64,000 bases of DNA from Ruditapes philippinarum (lineage: Eukaryota). Below the pieces are notes generated by a model. That model searched no databases. It was not told the origin of the DNA and saw nothing but the letters and a program-made list of their open reading frames with translations. Shown here piece by piece: positions 38,291 through 50,969 of the stretch. The translations under genes and the position numbers were made by a program. Within the stretch, counting starts at the first letter, position 1. Each line of letters begins with the position of its first letter. The stretch covers positions 1-64,000 of the forward strand of contig NW_026864036.1 of the NCBI RefSeq assembly GCF_026571515.1, given 5' to 3'.

Positions 38291-39219
38291 ACTTTTTCTT
38301 ACTAAAATCACATAATAAAGCAAATAATAAAAATGAATTGGGGACATTATTTGAATTAAAATAACCTATTCTAAAAATATACTAACCCAGATTTGTGTTA
38401 CAGTGGGTGTAGTGGTCACAGTGGGTGTAGTGGTAATTTGTCTCTCAACTACTAATTCAGACATAAATGATGGATAGAAGTAGTCTGTAACTTGTGGAAG
38501 AAAATCGTTAATTTTGTTGTTAGTTACCAGGAGAACTTTATATATGGAGCGACGGACAAAAACATATGAAAAATTCCAGACAAAAATCAGAAAAACCCGA
38601 AAGAAAACAAAAAAACACACATGTCATGAAAACTAATTGCAAAACTTTTGGAATAAACAATCTTTATATAAGTCAATGCTTAAATATTTTAGAACTTTAT
38701 GTTTATTACTTTCTTAACTACACTATATCACAAACAACATGGATACAAATGATAAAAGAATTTGGGATATTATTTGCATTAAAGATACCTTGTTCTTAAA
38801 GATATACTTTTCTCAAATTTGAAGTTAGAACATCTTGGGGAATTTTAGGTTTTAATGAACGCAATTTCCAATACACAGTTTATTCATTCTTTTATTCAAA
38901 TTAGGCATATACAGTAAGAATATTTATAGATTTCAATAAATTTACGTGATAAAGATAGTTTACGCAAGGATGAGCATAGCATATCTTTAACATTGTTCGT
39001 TTATATTCGTCGTTATTTATGTAGCATTTGTCTGCAAAAAATAAATAATAATAATGATAACATCGTACGTAAAAATAAAAAAGGAAAGTAAAAATCAAAG
39101 TTAATTTTCTATTTCAAGTTTCAGTGACTTGACTAAAGTAACTTATTCTCAAACTGGAAAGTGTTCGAGGTATCGCAGATAGCCATGTTATACAGCTATT
39201 TCAACACGAACATTGGTCT

Positions 39220-41463
39220 TCATATCATAAGGTCTAAAACTGATTTACAAACATTTTCCCATGTTGTTTTCATTTTGTATTCACCGTTTTCAAATGTCCA
39301 CACAATCCTTACATTCCTTTGGTATACCTCTCTCATAGTTGGTGGCATCAGTTCTTGTTCCACTTGTTCAATAAACATCAAAATGATTGGTTTCCCTTCC
39401 ATGAGCGCATGCTCAAGCTCACCTCTACAATAAACACTTTGACAAAAGTTTTCCGAAGCTACTACAATTAAAACAGACGCTGTCGCCAAGAGTCTCCACG
39501 TCTCATTTAGAACATAGAAACCAGGTCGAAAATGTCGGTCACCTGTACAAACTAGTTCTCTATCAACTCCTGTCATCAACTGAAGATTTTCATTCAACTG
39601 ATGTAGAATATGCGTATTGACAAAGTCCTCATCTTCATTGCTGAAGGCAAGAAAAACCGCAAATTCATAGTAACCATTGCCCTGGCGTAACAAATTAATT
39701 ACATTTGCTCTATTTTGTAACCTTTTTCTATGCTTTCTTCGGATATAAAATATCAGAAGTGCAATTATTAGAATAAGTGAAATACATCCCGCCAAAATGC
39801 TTGTTGCAATAATAATAACCTGCATTCGACAAATCAACTTGACTTTCTTGACAGTCTCTTGTGTTATTATTTCTGTTTCATCCTTTTCATTGTAACAAAC
39901 CAGTTGCTGTGAATCAAAATCAACAAGATTGTTGACGTCAGCCAAACGAGAAATGATAGTTCTTTGCATTCTGAACACGAAATGGGATTTTTTTTTTAAA
40001 ATAACAATGTTTTTCCCAATGTCAGTAGCATTACCGTGTGAAATGCTATTCAAGTTATGAATAGATATTTGGTCTAAGACATGAATTTTGTTTCCATGCA
40101 GATTTAACACGGTTAATCTCGACAATTCAACCAAAGTGATGTAAACTTGATCTAATAAGTTACCCGATAAATCGATAATTTCGATATTCCTATTATTCTC
40201 GAATATTTTCTTAGGAAGTTTATTTAAACTATTCTTTGACATGTTAACTTTTTTTAAATATCTGAGACCAGAAAATAAAGTTTCAAACAACCCTATGTTC
40301 TCTTTGGACATTTTCACTAACTGATTGCTTGACGCGTCTAATTTTTGCAGATTTGGAGAGCATGACAATAAGTTTGGATGTAAAAACTGCATACCATTCT
40401 GAGATAAATCCATGCGACTGAATGATGAAAATTTAAATTTCTTACATATGACATTCATGTCAAGCCACCTTAAATTATTTTGCCTCATTATTAATTCTTT
40501 TGTGAATGTCAAAGGATTTAAATCTATTGTAAAATTGACACTTTTTATCCAAATTGACGAAACATGTGGAATGATTCCGCTCACATTTATAATTTCAGGA
40601 ATAAAAAGCCGTTTGAAGTCTTCAACATGAGGAAGACTAGATAAACTAGTATTTATATTCTCCCAATTTAAGTCTACCTGGTGGAAGATGAAATACTTTC
40701 TTCGGAAGATTCGCGAAGCTCAAATCAACAAATTTTAATGCGTTTCAGGTCGCCTTGCTCTAAATAACATGTGTTTGAAGAAACCAATATTACTGTACGA
40801 TGCGTTCACGACCTCCAAGTAGGCTAATCGTTTGAATACGGCAGTCAAATTTATTCCTTTTAGATCAGTTTTACTCACATCCACATACTTAATTTTCTTT
40901 GGCTGAAGTACTTTTATGAATTGGTCATCTATAGACAACGGTTGTATATAACGAGCACATTTTGATAATATTAATTTATTCAATTCCGGCAACTTATTAG
41001 ATCCATTAAGAGCTGGAATTAAATCATCCAATGTTAATTTTACACTCCTGCTTAAATCCAGAACGTGTAAGTTATTAATGCCAAGGAAAGTGTTAGGATT
41101 CATATCGAATGGGCATTCGACATGCAGCCTCAATTCTTTCAATTCTTTCAGACCAATAAAACAGTAATCTTGTAAAATCAAGTGACCTGCTTGTGAGGCA
41201 TTGATCTCCATAAGTTTTACTTTATTCCAAGAATATTCAATGAACGTAGACTTGTTCAGATACATGTTACCCACCAGGCTCAAATTCAAATGCACTGTCG
41301 TGACTCCAACTGGAAGAGACTTCGGTATAAAGTTACAAGTCAATGTTTCATTGTTGTCTTCAACACATTTGGTCTTCGTCGAATCATATTGAGAAAATCC
41401 GTTAGTGTATGCCATTAAAACCATTAACAATAAAATGTAGGAAACATATTTAATAGTCATCAT
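39220..41463 (-). CDS. TLR: Toll-like receptor copy 3 (~746 aa, signal peptide-LRR-LRRCT-TM-TIR, intronless)
   Basis: ORFs 40735-41463 and 39220-40584. Three +1 homopolymer-type insertions (~40767, 40738, 40663) and a compensating +1/-1 pair (~39990/39930) leave the net frame intact. Complete TIR: YEFAVFLAFS, DRHFRPG, SVYCRGEL. Confidence 0.9.
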
Positions 41464-43511
41464 TTTTGTATGTTTTTTAGTGTTTGTTTATATTAAAACC
41501 CTCTTTGTAAATACTGCTCGATATATCCAAATTATATTTAGATTCAATTGTTATTTCAATTTCACGAAAATTAATCCACGGAAAGCCCTCATATATATGC
41601 TCTTATGGTCGCATGTAATCTTTGGAAAGCTACCCTTCGGTTATAAATATCAGATGTACAAAACATATTCTCAAAATAATTTAAACTGATGGCGGTTAAG
41701 GTCGTCAGTTTAAAACGAACAATGATCTCGATCAATGTATTAAACTACTATTGAAGTATGTTAGGTCGATTGTATGTGGTTAATGTCGTATAATGACCAG
41801 TCACAATAATTAGTGCGTGAAAATCAAATTAAAAAGAAATTTTGGAACACTTCACTTAATATCGTATTTCGGTATACACCGAAGAAAGCGCTTGAATTAT
41901 TAAATATTAAGTCGAATTGTACGTTTAGACGTTTATTTAATCACTTCAAACCGATTTATAAATAATAATGAATGAAAAATGTCGGCGAGAAAAGCAATAA
42001 TTTTCTAGTTTGTGATCATTTCTACAAGCGTACTGCTCCAAATCTGGACATGTAGTGAGTTAAATCCTCATAATTAAACAAGATGCTTTCTTGTTGTTCC
42101 TCTTTTGTAGAAAAAAATATAACATATTTCTTTATAAAGATGCTTCCACCTGAAATTTGAAGGATCATAAATGCCTTTATTTTAGTATTTGTGACAAGAC
42201 AAAATGTTATAATTTAAACATTGATCTCAGACTTGTTGTAAATGCATGCTTAATAGAAGTTGTGTTTTTTTTTTTCGTAAATGGTACTCTTTTTTATCTT
42301 ACATTGATGTTTCTAAATTCCAAATTTTACCATTTTATGTTAAATTTTGAATTCTGTTTAAGCCGGTTCTTGGGAGGGGGGAGCGTGGAAGGTAACTTGC
42401 ACCTTCAAGCACCGCCCATGAACAGCCTCAATGAACACAGTTATGGCAAAATATCAAGTTAGTTTTAGTTCTTTACCTGTACACTTACTTGTACACTTGG
42501 ATTGACATCAAAGTACTTTATTATTAGTCTACAACACGTGTATGTATCAAAATGTGTGTGTGTGTGTGTGTTTAAACTGTTAAGTTGTTGTTTGGAATGG
42601 GTTTGTTTTAGCATGTTTATCATCAGTTGAACCAAAATTATCTATTATTTTCTGGTTAGAACAAGTATAGCAAAATTTGTTGAATGCTGAGAATGTATAT
42701 CAAACATGCTTTGTTAACGACAAGATTATTTAAATGATTTGTGGAAGAAATATCAAATATATTTGAGGAGAGCAATATCAGTAACGTGTTTTTGTTTCTA
42801 TTAAAAATGCGATGCTTCAACTTTTGAATCATTTTGCTTAACTTGAGAACCGCTCAAGTCGATACTAGGGGACTTGAGGAATATTGCATTTTTTCATTAT
42901 CTCTCATGTACAGACTCAATCAAACCGAATCTTGCAATTTTCATGTAATTTTGCTGTTTTTAATGCTTCCCAGTGATCACCTTTTTCTGGGTATTTGTTT
43001 ATAATTATTTGCTCTGTATGTCATTTTTGTCACAAACATATTTAAATATTTTTATATTGGTTATACCGATGTGCCTTGCATCAGACTGAGAAAAAATCTG
43101 TTCTGTCCTTTTCTGTTCTGCTATTAAGTAGTAGGTACTGAGTTGATATAAATGAGTGTGATAAATAGTGTACTTTTATATAAGAATTATTTACACTATC
43201 TATATTAATATTGATTTAAACTGATAATGAAAAGAAAAGCGAATTTAAATAACATATCTTGATTGAGGTCATATTTCGTTGTAAACTGTCTTTCATAACA
43301 TTTATCCCTTTAAATTGTTTTGAGAAGTAGATTATGTTCTTTTGATATTTGTAACTGAAGCGATTTGTAACTGAAGCATGCGGCCATTATGGCATTAAAG
43401 TGAGGGTAACATGTGCATTTAGTAACTATCAAATTTAAACCTTAATTTGATATATCAATCAGTATTTACAAAGAGAGTTTTAAGATGATAAAAGTAAAGT
43501 AGTACATAAAA

Positions 43512-44134
43512 ATGGTGACTATTAACGTGTTTCTTACGTTTTGTTGTTAATGGTACACATTAACGGATTTACGTACGATTCGGATTCGACGAAGACAACA
43601 AAACATTGACTTGCAACTTTATATACCGAAACCTCTTCCAGTATGAGTCTGGAAGAAGAAACCTATCTTAATTTTCCATTCATCGAATATTCTTAAGACA
43701 GAGCAAAACCTCTGTATGTCATTTGATTTTTACAACTGTTCGAATATACTGGAATAATTGAAAAAATTGAGACTGCATGTCAAATGCTCAATTGACAAAA
43801 ACACTAACACTTTCCTAGGCATAGTCGTTCTAGATTGAAGCAGGAGTGTAACATTTTCATTATATAATTTACAGAGTATGTCACTTGGTTTTACTAGATT
43901 ACTGTTTAATGGTCTGAAAGAATTGAGGCTGAATGCCCATTCGATATGTATCCTAACACTTTCTCCCTGGCATAAATTACGTACACGTTCTGGATTTAAG
44001 CAGGAGTGTAAAATTTACATTAAATAACCAAATTTCAGCTCTTAATGAATCTGATAGGTTGCCAGATTAATAAATTGATATTATCAAAATGTTCCCGTTA
44101 TACACAGCCGTTGTCTATTGATGACCAATTCATG
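43512..44134 (+). pseudogene. Inverted TLR relic (unit 3) with an internally duplicated LRR segment
   Basis: 43512-43871 runs from MVTIN..SYVLLLM through KLRLHVKC..NTFLG..SRSV. 43880-44134 is a second, less decayed copy: DYC..GLKELRL..PFDM.PNTF..HVLDLSRSVKFTLNN.ISALN..NKLILSKCSRYTQPLSIDDQFM. Confidence 0.85.
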
Positions 44135-44418
44135 CAATGGGGGTGCATGGAGATAACACAACGCAATTACTTTATAATACATTTACCATCACATCGACTA
44201 ATACATTTATATCGGTGATGTATGAAGTTGAAAAAGAAACGTGACTTTCGACACCTTAACTTTAAAAATTGTTGTAATTGGGGTTTATAGAGATGGTCAT
44301 AGGATAAGAATGCTAGCTTACTTAGTGTAACCACTTTAGATAATGATCTGGTGTTTTGTAAGTCACGAAAACCCAAGTCGATTCAGCATTATGATGCAAC
44401 TAACCATTGATGATCATA

Positions 44419-44655
44419 TGAGCCATGTCATGACAAAACCAACATAATGGGTTTGCGATCCGCATGGATCCAGACCAGTCTGCACATCCTCGCAGTCTGA
44501 TCAGGATCCATGCTGTTCGCTATCAGTTTATCTACTTGTAATAGGGTTTGTAAGCGAACAGCATGGATCCTGATCAGACTGCGCCGATGCGCAGGCTGGT
44601 CTGGATCCATGCTGGTCGCAAACGCATTATGTTGGTTTTGTCATGACACGGCTCA
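44419..44655. mobile_element. Hairpin MITE with ~100-bp TIRs and TA TSD (Tc1/mariner-type)
   Basis: TA|TGAGCCATGTCATGACAAAACCAACATAATG...CATTATGTTGGTTTTGTCATGACACGGCTCA|TA. Confidence 0.85.
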
Positions 44656-46398
44656 TACCAGTCGACTCAGTTCAGTTATAAATAAAGGAAAAAGTATTTA
44701 CTTGGAAGCAAAACATCACGTACATCTGTCCAAATGTCATCATTTGTTATATTGGGGTCAATCATCAACAAGATGATCTGGATCAGTAATAACCATAATT
44801 GCAGATAACTCGAAAACGAGCTAAAAGAATCGCTAAATTATTTTCGATTTCATTGCAACAATCAAAGATCCTGTAAAGTTTTAAAATCTATTTTGTTGTT
44901 TTCATTCCGCTCCATATCTACTGGTATATGTTAATCTAATGTTTACGCCTCCAGTACGACAGCAATAATATTTATTATGATAACAATAGCAATGAAAGTC
45001 TATACATTGTCATAAAATTAAAAGATATATTACGATTTAATTGTTATGATAATAATAAGGAATGTGTAGAATCAGTTTGATAATTTTTTTTTTTTGATAA
45101 TTAGGAACGGAATACGACAACGATAATTGCCATTCAGTTTAAACAACACAATGAGAGGACTTGTCCATTGCCGATAGTATATCAAAATTGAACTTTTTAT
45201 CATCAATTATTTTGCAATATTCGAATGTTATCTTGGTACTTGATAAAGGTCTAGTTAAGTCTAAGGGATGACCCATGTATTTTTACCCATATATAATATC
45301 GGGGGCCCTTTTTTTTTGGGTTTTTGGGGATTAATTAAAATACTTAATTTTTATGTCGAAAAAAGGGAAATTTTAACAAATGATAAGATTGCCCCCCATA
45401 AAAATTTGACCGGCCTTTTTGACTTTTAAAACCTGGAGTGTGGCATGCGGCCCAAAATTTTAGGGGCAAAAGAGAATTATAATTTAAAATGATAATTATT
45501 TTTAATTTTTTCTTTTGGTTTTAAAAATGAAAAATTTATTTTTTTAAAAAAAGAAGTAAAAAAAACACCTGACAAAAATTTTTTGGGGGCTGCTTTTTAA
45601 CGATTTTTTATACTTAAAAAATTTATTTTTAAATAAATATCCAAGTTTTTGGCTTGAAAAAAAAGTGATAAGGGTTTTTTAAATGTGTTTTTTTTTAGCT
45701 TGTTGTTGTTGTTGTTATAGAGAACTTTATATCACAGTCATGAAATTCTTGATTTATAAAAGGTGATATAGAAACTTCACCACTAGAATCAACATCATAA
45801 ACTTTGTCACTAAATATTTACTCTTTCTGATTTTTAAGACATTGAACCGCAAAACTGGTACACATTTATTTCTATCGAGAACATATTTTTTTTTTGAAAT
45901 ACAGATTTATTTTCCATACACAACCTGGACGTGAAATTTATCAGACCTCGCTTATCTTAGTAAGATATTTTGTATTCTATTTAATCATAAAAGTGTTTTG
46001 TATAAAAAGGTTTTTTCAAAGTAAAATTTTATAAAATAAAGCATGGGGTTTTAAAATATACGGGGAAAAATTTTGAACACCCGGGTTTAAAATTACTCTT
46101 ATTTCCCCGAATTTAGCTTTTGAAATTGGCGTTCCCCCCGGGGCCCACAAGGGGTTAAAAACACCACAAATTAATCCGCCCAAACCCCAAAAAACTAGCT
46201 AAATCATGTACAAATACTCACTTCAAAAAATTCACCTCGAACTGGCCCAAACTGTTTCATTCATTTTGATACTGAAGTCGTGTTAGGGCCTCCTCGTGGC
46301 CTCTGGGACATATGATAAGATATCCATGTACATGTATAGTATGCCGACGAAACGAGGGCATCATAATTATTCCGCCTAAGCACATTGAACTGTCGAAA

Positions 46399-49300
46399 GT
46401 GTGGTCAAAATGTTTGTTACTTGTAACAGGTAAGTTTTTAAGTATTTATTTTTATTATTGTTACCTATCAAATATATATATATATATATATATGTATGTT
46501 TTAATATATACATGTATATAAACTTTTCTGAACTTTTCTGAAGATGTTATTTTGGTGAATTCAAAAGTACCTAACTGTCGTGAGGGTAAACTACCCAACA
46601 TCACTTTTCTGAGGAAATTTCTAAGTTTATTTTGAACGCTTTTTAATGTCCTTCAAGTATTAAGACATTTTGATGCTATGGAAAAAAAAAAACTGGACCA
46701 GAATGAGTAAATTGAATCTCGAGTCAATACATTCGATCCTATGAGATCTTATTTTCATTTAAAACTTATTAGAACCATTCAGTGCAATCAAAATTAAAAA
46801 TTAGGGTGAATTTTCGTGAATTCCGCATGTGTAAAAAAAAAGTTAAACATAAAAAAACCTTTACAAATTTTGGAAAAATAATACAAATATGGAAAACCAA
46901 AAAATGATAAGGTAAAAGTTTAAAATTTCGAATGTTAATTTGTTGAAAGCGTTCCTTTTGAAAAAGTCCGGAATATTAACCCGGGGTTTAAAAATTTCTT
47001 TCCCTTTTCATATCAATTGTAAAATCAGCTTTGAATTTTTTAAATTAAATTTTTCAATGAGGGACACCCAATTTGAGAAAGATTTTTCACTGTTTATCAT
47101 TCATCGTCGCATAAAAAACAAAAACAAGAAAAACAAACAAACAAAAAAAACAACCAAAAAAAACAACAACTTTAAAACAATTAAAAACAAAGAAAGATAG
47201 AAAGTGAAATAAGCATAAGATGACGTAACATGTGAAAGTTAGTGTCAAATCTAAAAAAGTGAGAATTCTAACTTATGGGTATCGTACATTCGACTTTAAA
47301 TTGTGATCGAGCTTTTTTTGTGCACGGAATAGGACTCGTCAAGTTGGAAAAAAAACACATTTTGCTTTGTTTTGTTTAATCTTTATTTTTTTATCTTATC
47401 TAACATGTTATTCGTTTTCAGCTGCCCTTCTTGTGTTCGGCACAGATGCCCTATTGTTCCCACTTAACAACGGAAATGGTAAGTGCATTTAATTCTGAAT
47501 AACCGATTGTTTCATGAAAGATCACTTTACTAACGTGCAGTATTATAATTTGAGATAAATATAAATATATATAATTTATAAGAGGAGTTTTGAAGAATAA
47601 GATCAAGGGGATAAACGTACTCTCTTTAAAACAGCAATATTAGAAGGTTTCGATAAAAATGTCTTATCTTTCACATACTGATATTTAATGGTACCGGAAA
47701 CTATTACTCCTATTATTTAAGCTTTATCAAAGTTCTAAATATGTAAAGATGCTGTTTAAATAAAAACGTGTGCTCAATTTATGGCCATATATTGCAAGTA
47801 TTATTCGCCAGTTTGAGATGGTCGAGTTGAAATACGATGACATTGGGTGTACGAATTATCATTATGTTAGACATAAAAGCAAGAGTGATATTAATTTTGT
47901 TATGTATTAAAGTTTATGGTTCTTAATTTCAAAATGATTGTAGATGAAACTTTTATAAAGCATAGGTTTTTACTTTTTGCATCAAATTACTGGTAAACCA
48001 CGTGACAGTTTAAACACCAAAGTAAATAAAATAAACGCATCTTATACCTTTTTGATAGGTCATTTGAAAGTATCAGTCAAAGACAAGCTTTCTATCAAGG
48101 AATAACTTTCAATTTTCATTGATAGAATCCTGCTGATTAGATTCTATTTAATTGTTAACAAAAAATAAGAGATGAGGACGCTAACTTGTACATGAAAGAG
48201 AACCTTAAGTCTTTCTTTACCAGTCAAGCATGACCTTAAGATAGTGTGACTTAAAACAATTAAAATGCTGCGTTCCCCTTTTTAAAACAGTTTAAAACCC
48301 GTAGTAATTGCCCCCTCTTTAAAAAAGGAGCCCTGTCAAAAAGGGGCCCCACTTCAAAAAACCCTTTATTTTTTTATATAAAATAGTTACCCCAAAAAAA
48401 AGACGACTTGTCTCTAAAGGTCATACCCGGTCTCACCTTAGTGTAGCCTTTATTCTCGGGTTTAACTGTATATAATTTCCATTTCTATTTTTAGAGCCAG
48501 AACCAGAGCTGATCTTCGCATGTCCTCCACCTGTTGTTCCACAGTTCGGCAGTCTCAGATGTGATTATGGCATGTTTGAAATGTAAGTATAGATATTTTA
48601 TGCTAAAAAGGCTTTCGTGTCAAATTTGCCAGAGACAGATTTGATATGACACTTTGACTGGAAATCATGAAATGAAAGATTCGACTATTTTAATACCATT
48701 AAAGAGAAACTGTCGGTGATTGTTTTCAATAGTTTTTCGTTTTCTTTGTTTTATATGTTTTTCATTCTTATAGAGTCATTATCATTTAAAACATGAAACT
48801 TCCGTTATTTTAAAGCCTTTCCAAATTCTGTTCACCTTGTCTGAAATAATTATACTTATAATCGTATTTCGAAACATAGTTTTTATCATAGGCAGATGTT
48901 TATATGATGTGATATATGTATGTCAATGAAATGTGTATGATGATGATCTGTAACTGGTCAAATCAATTAAAATGTATTGTTGTTTTGCTGATATTACCGT
49001 ATTTTCACTTATTAGGAACTGTTCGGCCATGTGTAATAATGGTTTCCAGTTTGAGGATGGCTCACACACTGCCACTGTTAAATGTGATTTATTTGAAGGA
49101 AAATCTACACCCGACATTCAGAAATGTGTCAGAATAGGTAAATTGTCTTATTTTCTTATTTCCTTAGTAAAGATATGTATTGAAAAAAATCATATAATAT
49201 CTTATATCAGATATGAGTTTGTAATACCTCAAATGCCAATAAAATTAATTAAAAAGTTGTTTGAAATAATGATAATTATGATATTATATTTAACAATTAT

Positions 49301-50141
49301 CAAGTCAAATTTTTGAAATTTTAAACATGAATTTAAAAAGTATGTCATAAAGATGATAAATTCTGCTTATAAAAGATGTTAAATACAATGTATTATTTCA
49401 CTCTTTTTTAACATTTTTCGGACTTTTTACATCAGTAACCATAGTGATCAATCTTACAGTCTCTATAAACATAGATGAGTAAATTCCAGATCATATTAGA
49501 CCCTTATTGACAACACATGATGTAAAAGGCGTGGCCGAGTGGTTAACGCGTCGGACTAGTAATCTAATGATCTCTAGCCGCATGGGTACAAACCTCTTCA
49601 GCGGCAGGTCGTTGTTTCCTTGAGCAAGAAACTTTACACTCATTGCTCATTACTGGTTGGTTCCAGGAACGGATTCGAAAGTATGTCTATAAGCGTATAG
49701 TTTCCTACACAATCGAACTAAAATAAATTCTGTATAAACCAAAAGGTATGATATTAGTCCATTTAATAAAAAGAAAGAAATTCTATGCCTCAGTAAAACA
49801 GAGATTGAAATATTCTTTTTTTTTATTGCTGACCCTTTTTTCAAAATGTTTTATTTTTCTCATTTCTAGGAGGAGTTGTTACCGACGCCCCAGTTGTAAC
49901 TGATATCCCAATTGGCTCGATCACTGGTGTTCCATCAACTGCCAAAAACTGTGTTCGATCCCTGAATGACTGTTTCAGTGTGCCAGCCGGTGATTATGCT
50001 TATTGTGAAAATTGTCGTATGTTTGCCACGTGCGCCGGAAGTGGATTTTACGTTCGTAACTGCCCGGGAATTTCCGTATTTAATGCAGCACTGGACCGAT
50101 GCCAGGACAATAGCCCAACATCATGTAGACTCATTGTCTAA
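46399..50141 (+). CDS. Secreted Sushi/CCP-like + chitin-binding (CBM14/peritrophin-A) protein, 5 exons, ~189 aa
   Basis: Exons 46399-46429, 47422-47478, 48495-48582, 49016-49137, 49870-50141. All GT-AG with compatible phases (1,1,2,1), 570 nt open. Signal peptide (V/M)WSKCLLLVTAALLVFGTDA; AATAAA at 50221. The start is GTG or the upstream in-frame ATG at 46312. Confidence 0.8.
47422..47478 (+). CDS. Exon 2 of Sushi-CBM14 gene (signal peptide end)
   Basis: ttttcag|..AALLVFGTDALLFPLNNGN..|gtaagt. Confidence 0.7.
48495..48582 (+). CDS. Exon 3 of Sushi-CBM14 gene (Sushi N-half)
   Basis: tttag|EPEPELIFACPPPVVPQFGSLRCDYGMFE|gtaagt. Confidence 0.8.
49016..49137 (+). CDS. Exon 4 of Sushi-CBM14 gene (Sushi C-half)
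   Basis: NCSAMCNNGFQFEDGSHTATVKCDLFEGKSTPDIQKC between AG and GT. Confidence 0.8.
49528..49720 (+). mobile_element. tRNA-derived CORE-type SINE in an intron
   Basis: A box GTGGCCGAGTGG, degenerate B box GGTACAAACC, then CORE-like GTTTCCTTGAGCAAGAAACTTTACACTCATTGCT. Confidence 0.65.
49870..50141 (+). CDS. Terminal exon of Sushi-CBM14 gene (chitin-binding domain)
   Basis: CVRSLNDCFSVPAGDYAYCENCRMFATCAGSGFYVRNCPGISVFNAALDRCQDNSPTSC, stop TAA. Confidence 0.85.
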
Positions 50142-50805
50142 GATTATTTACATGGTTATTTTCATGTTTAGTCATTTTGATTTAGTAAGACTCTTAAACA
50201 TTTCATGTGAGACATTCATAAATAAATAGATAAAATGATAAAGTGTCCTCTATTACTCTTTACCTGCCGGATTTAACAGCCATTGAATAAGAAAAGAATA
50301 AAGGGGTTCTTTTTGTTAAATTGTATACTCGTGCATTTTTTCTTGGCAATAGTAAGTAAGAAGTGTACTGCTTAAATACATTAATTACATTTATTTTTGG
50401 CAAAGTACTTCAGAGTTTATGAATAGCCAAAACTGAAATGGTATACATTTTAATTATAACACTTTTTTCCAACAACCTTTACATATCTACTATGCCATAT
50501 TTCACCAAAGTTTGTGAAGAAATCGACGATGCCATAAGACTTCAAATTACACTATATTATCTACGATGCCATATTTCAGCACGTAGTTATTTCTGATCTG
50601 TTAGATTTTTTATAAAAATTTGAAGTAATAATGAATTCACTGATATTTCTCTTTGCGCACACGCTCTTTACCACACTAAAAAAACTTATGGATGTGTCCT
50701 ATGTTAAATCTGGAAAATATTTATCATAAATTGATTTTAAAAAAAAAGAAAGGAAAAAGTACTGACTGACTAGCGAACAGAGTAGACCATGATTTTGATA
50801 TGCTC

Positions 50806-50969
50806 TAGTTGCATGAGAATGCAATTTAAAGTTAACTACTGCCCAATCACGGGTTAAAGGCCCATTATTCGGCAGAAATGCTTTTTTTAGTTGCATGAGA
50901 ATGCAATTTAAAGTTAACTACTGCCCAATCACGGGTTAAAGGCCCATTATTCGGCAGAAATGCTTTTTT
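50806..50969. repeat. Perfect 82-bp tandem duplication
   Basis: TAGTTGCATGAGAATG...GGCAGAAATGCTTTTTT occurs twice (50806-50887, 50888-50969). Confidence 0.95.

Noticed and set aside
39400-39460. TIR glutamate (SVYCRGEL) suggesting NADase activity
   Set aside because: This Glu is also present in ordinary scaffold TLR TIR domains, so it is not evidence of enzymatic activity.
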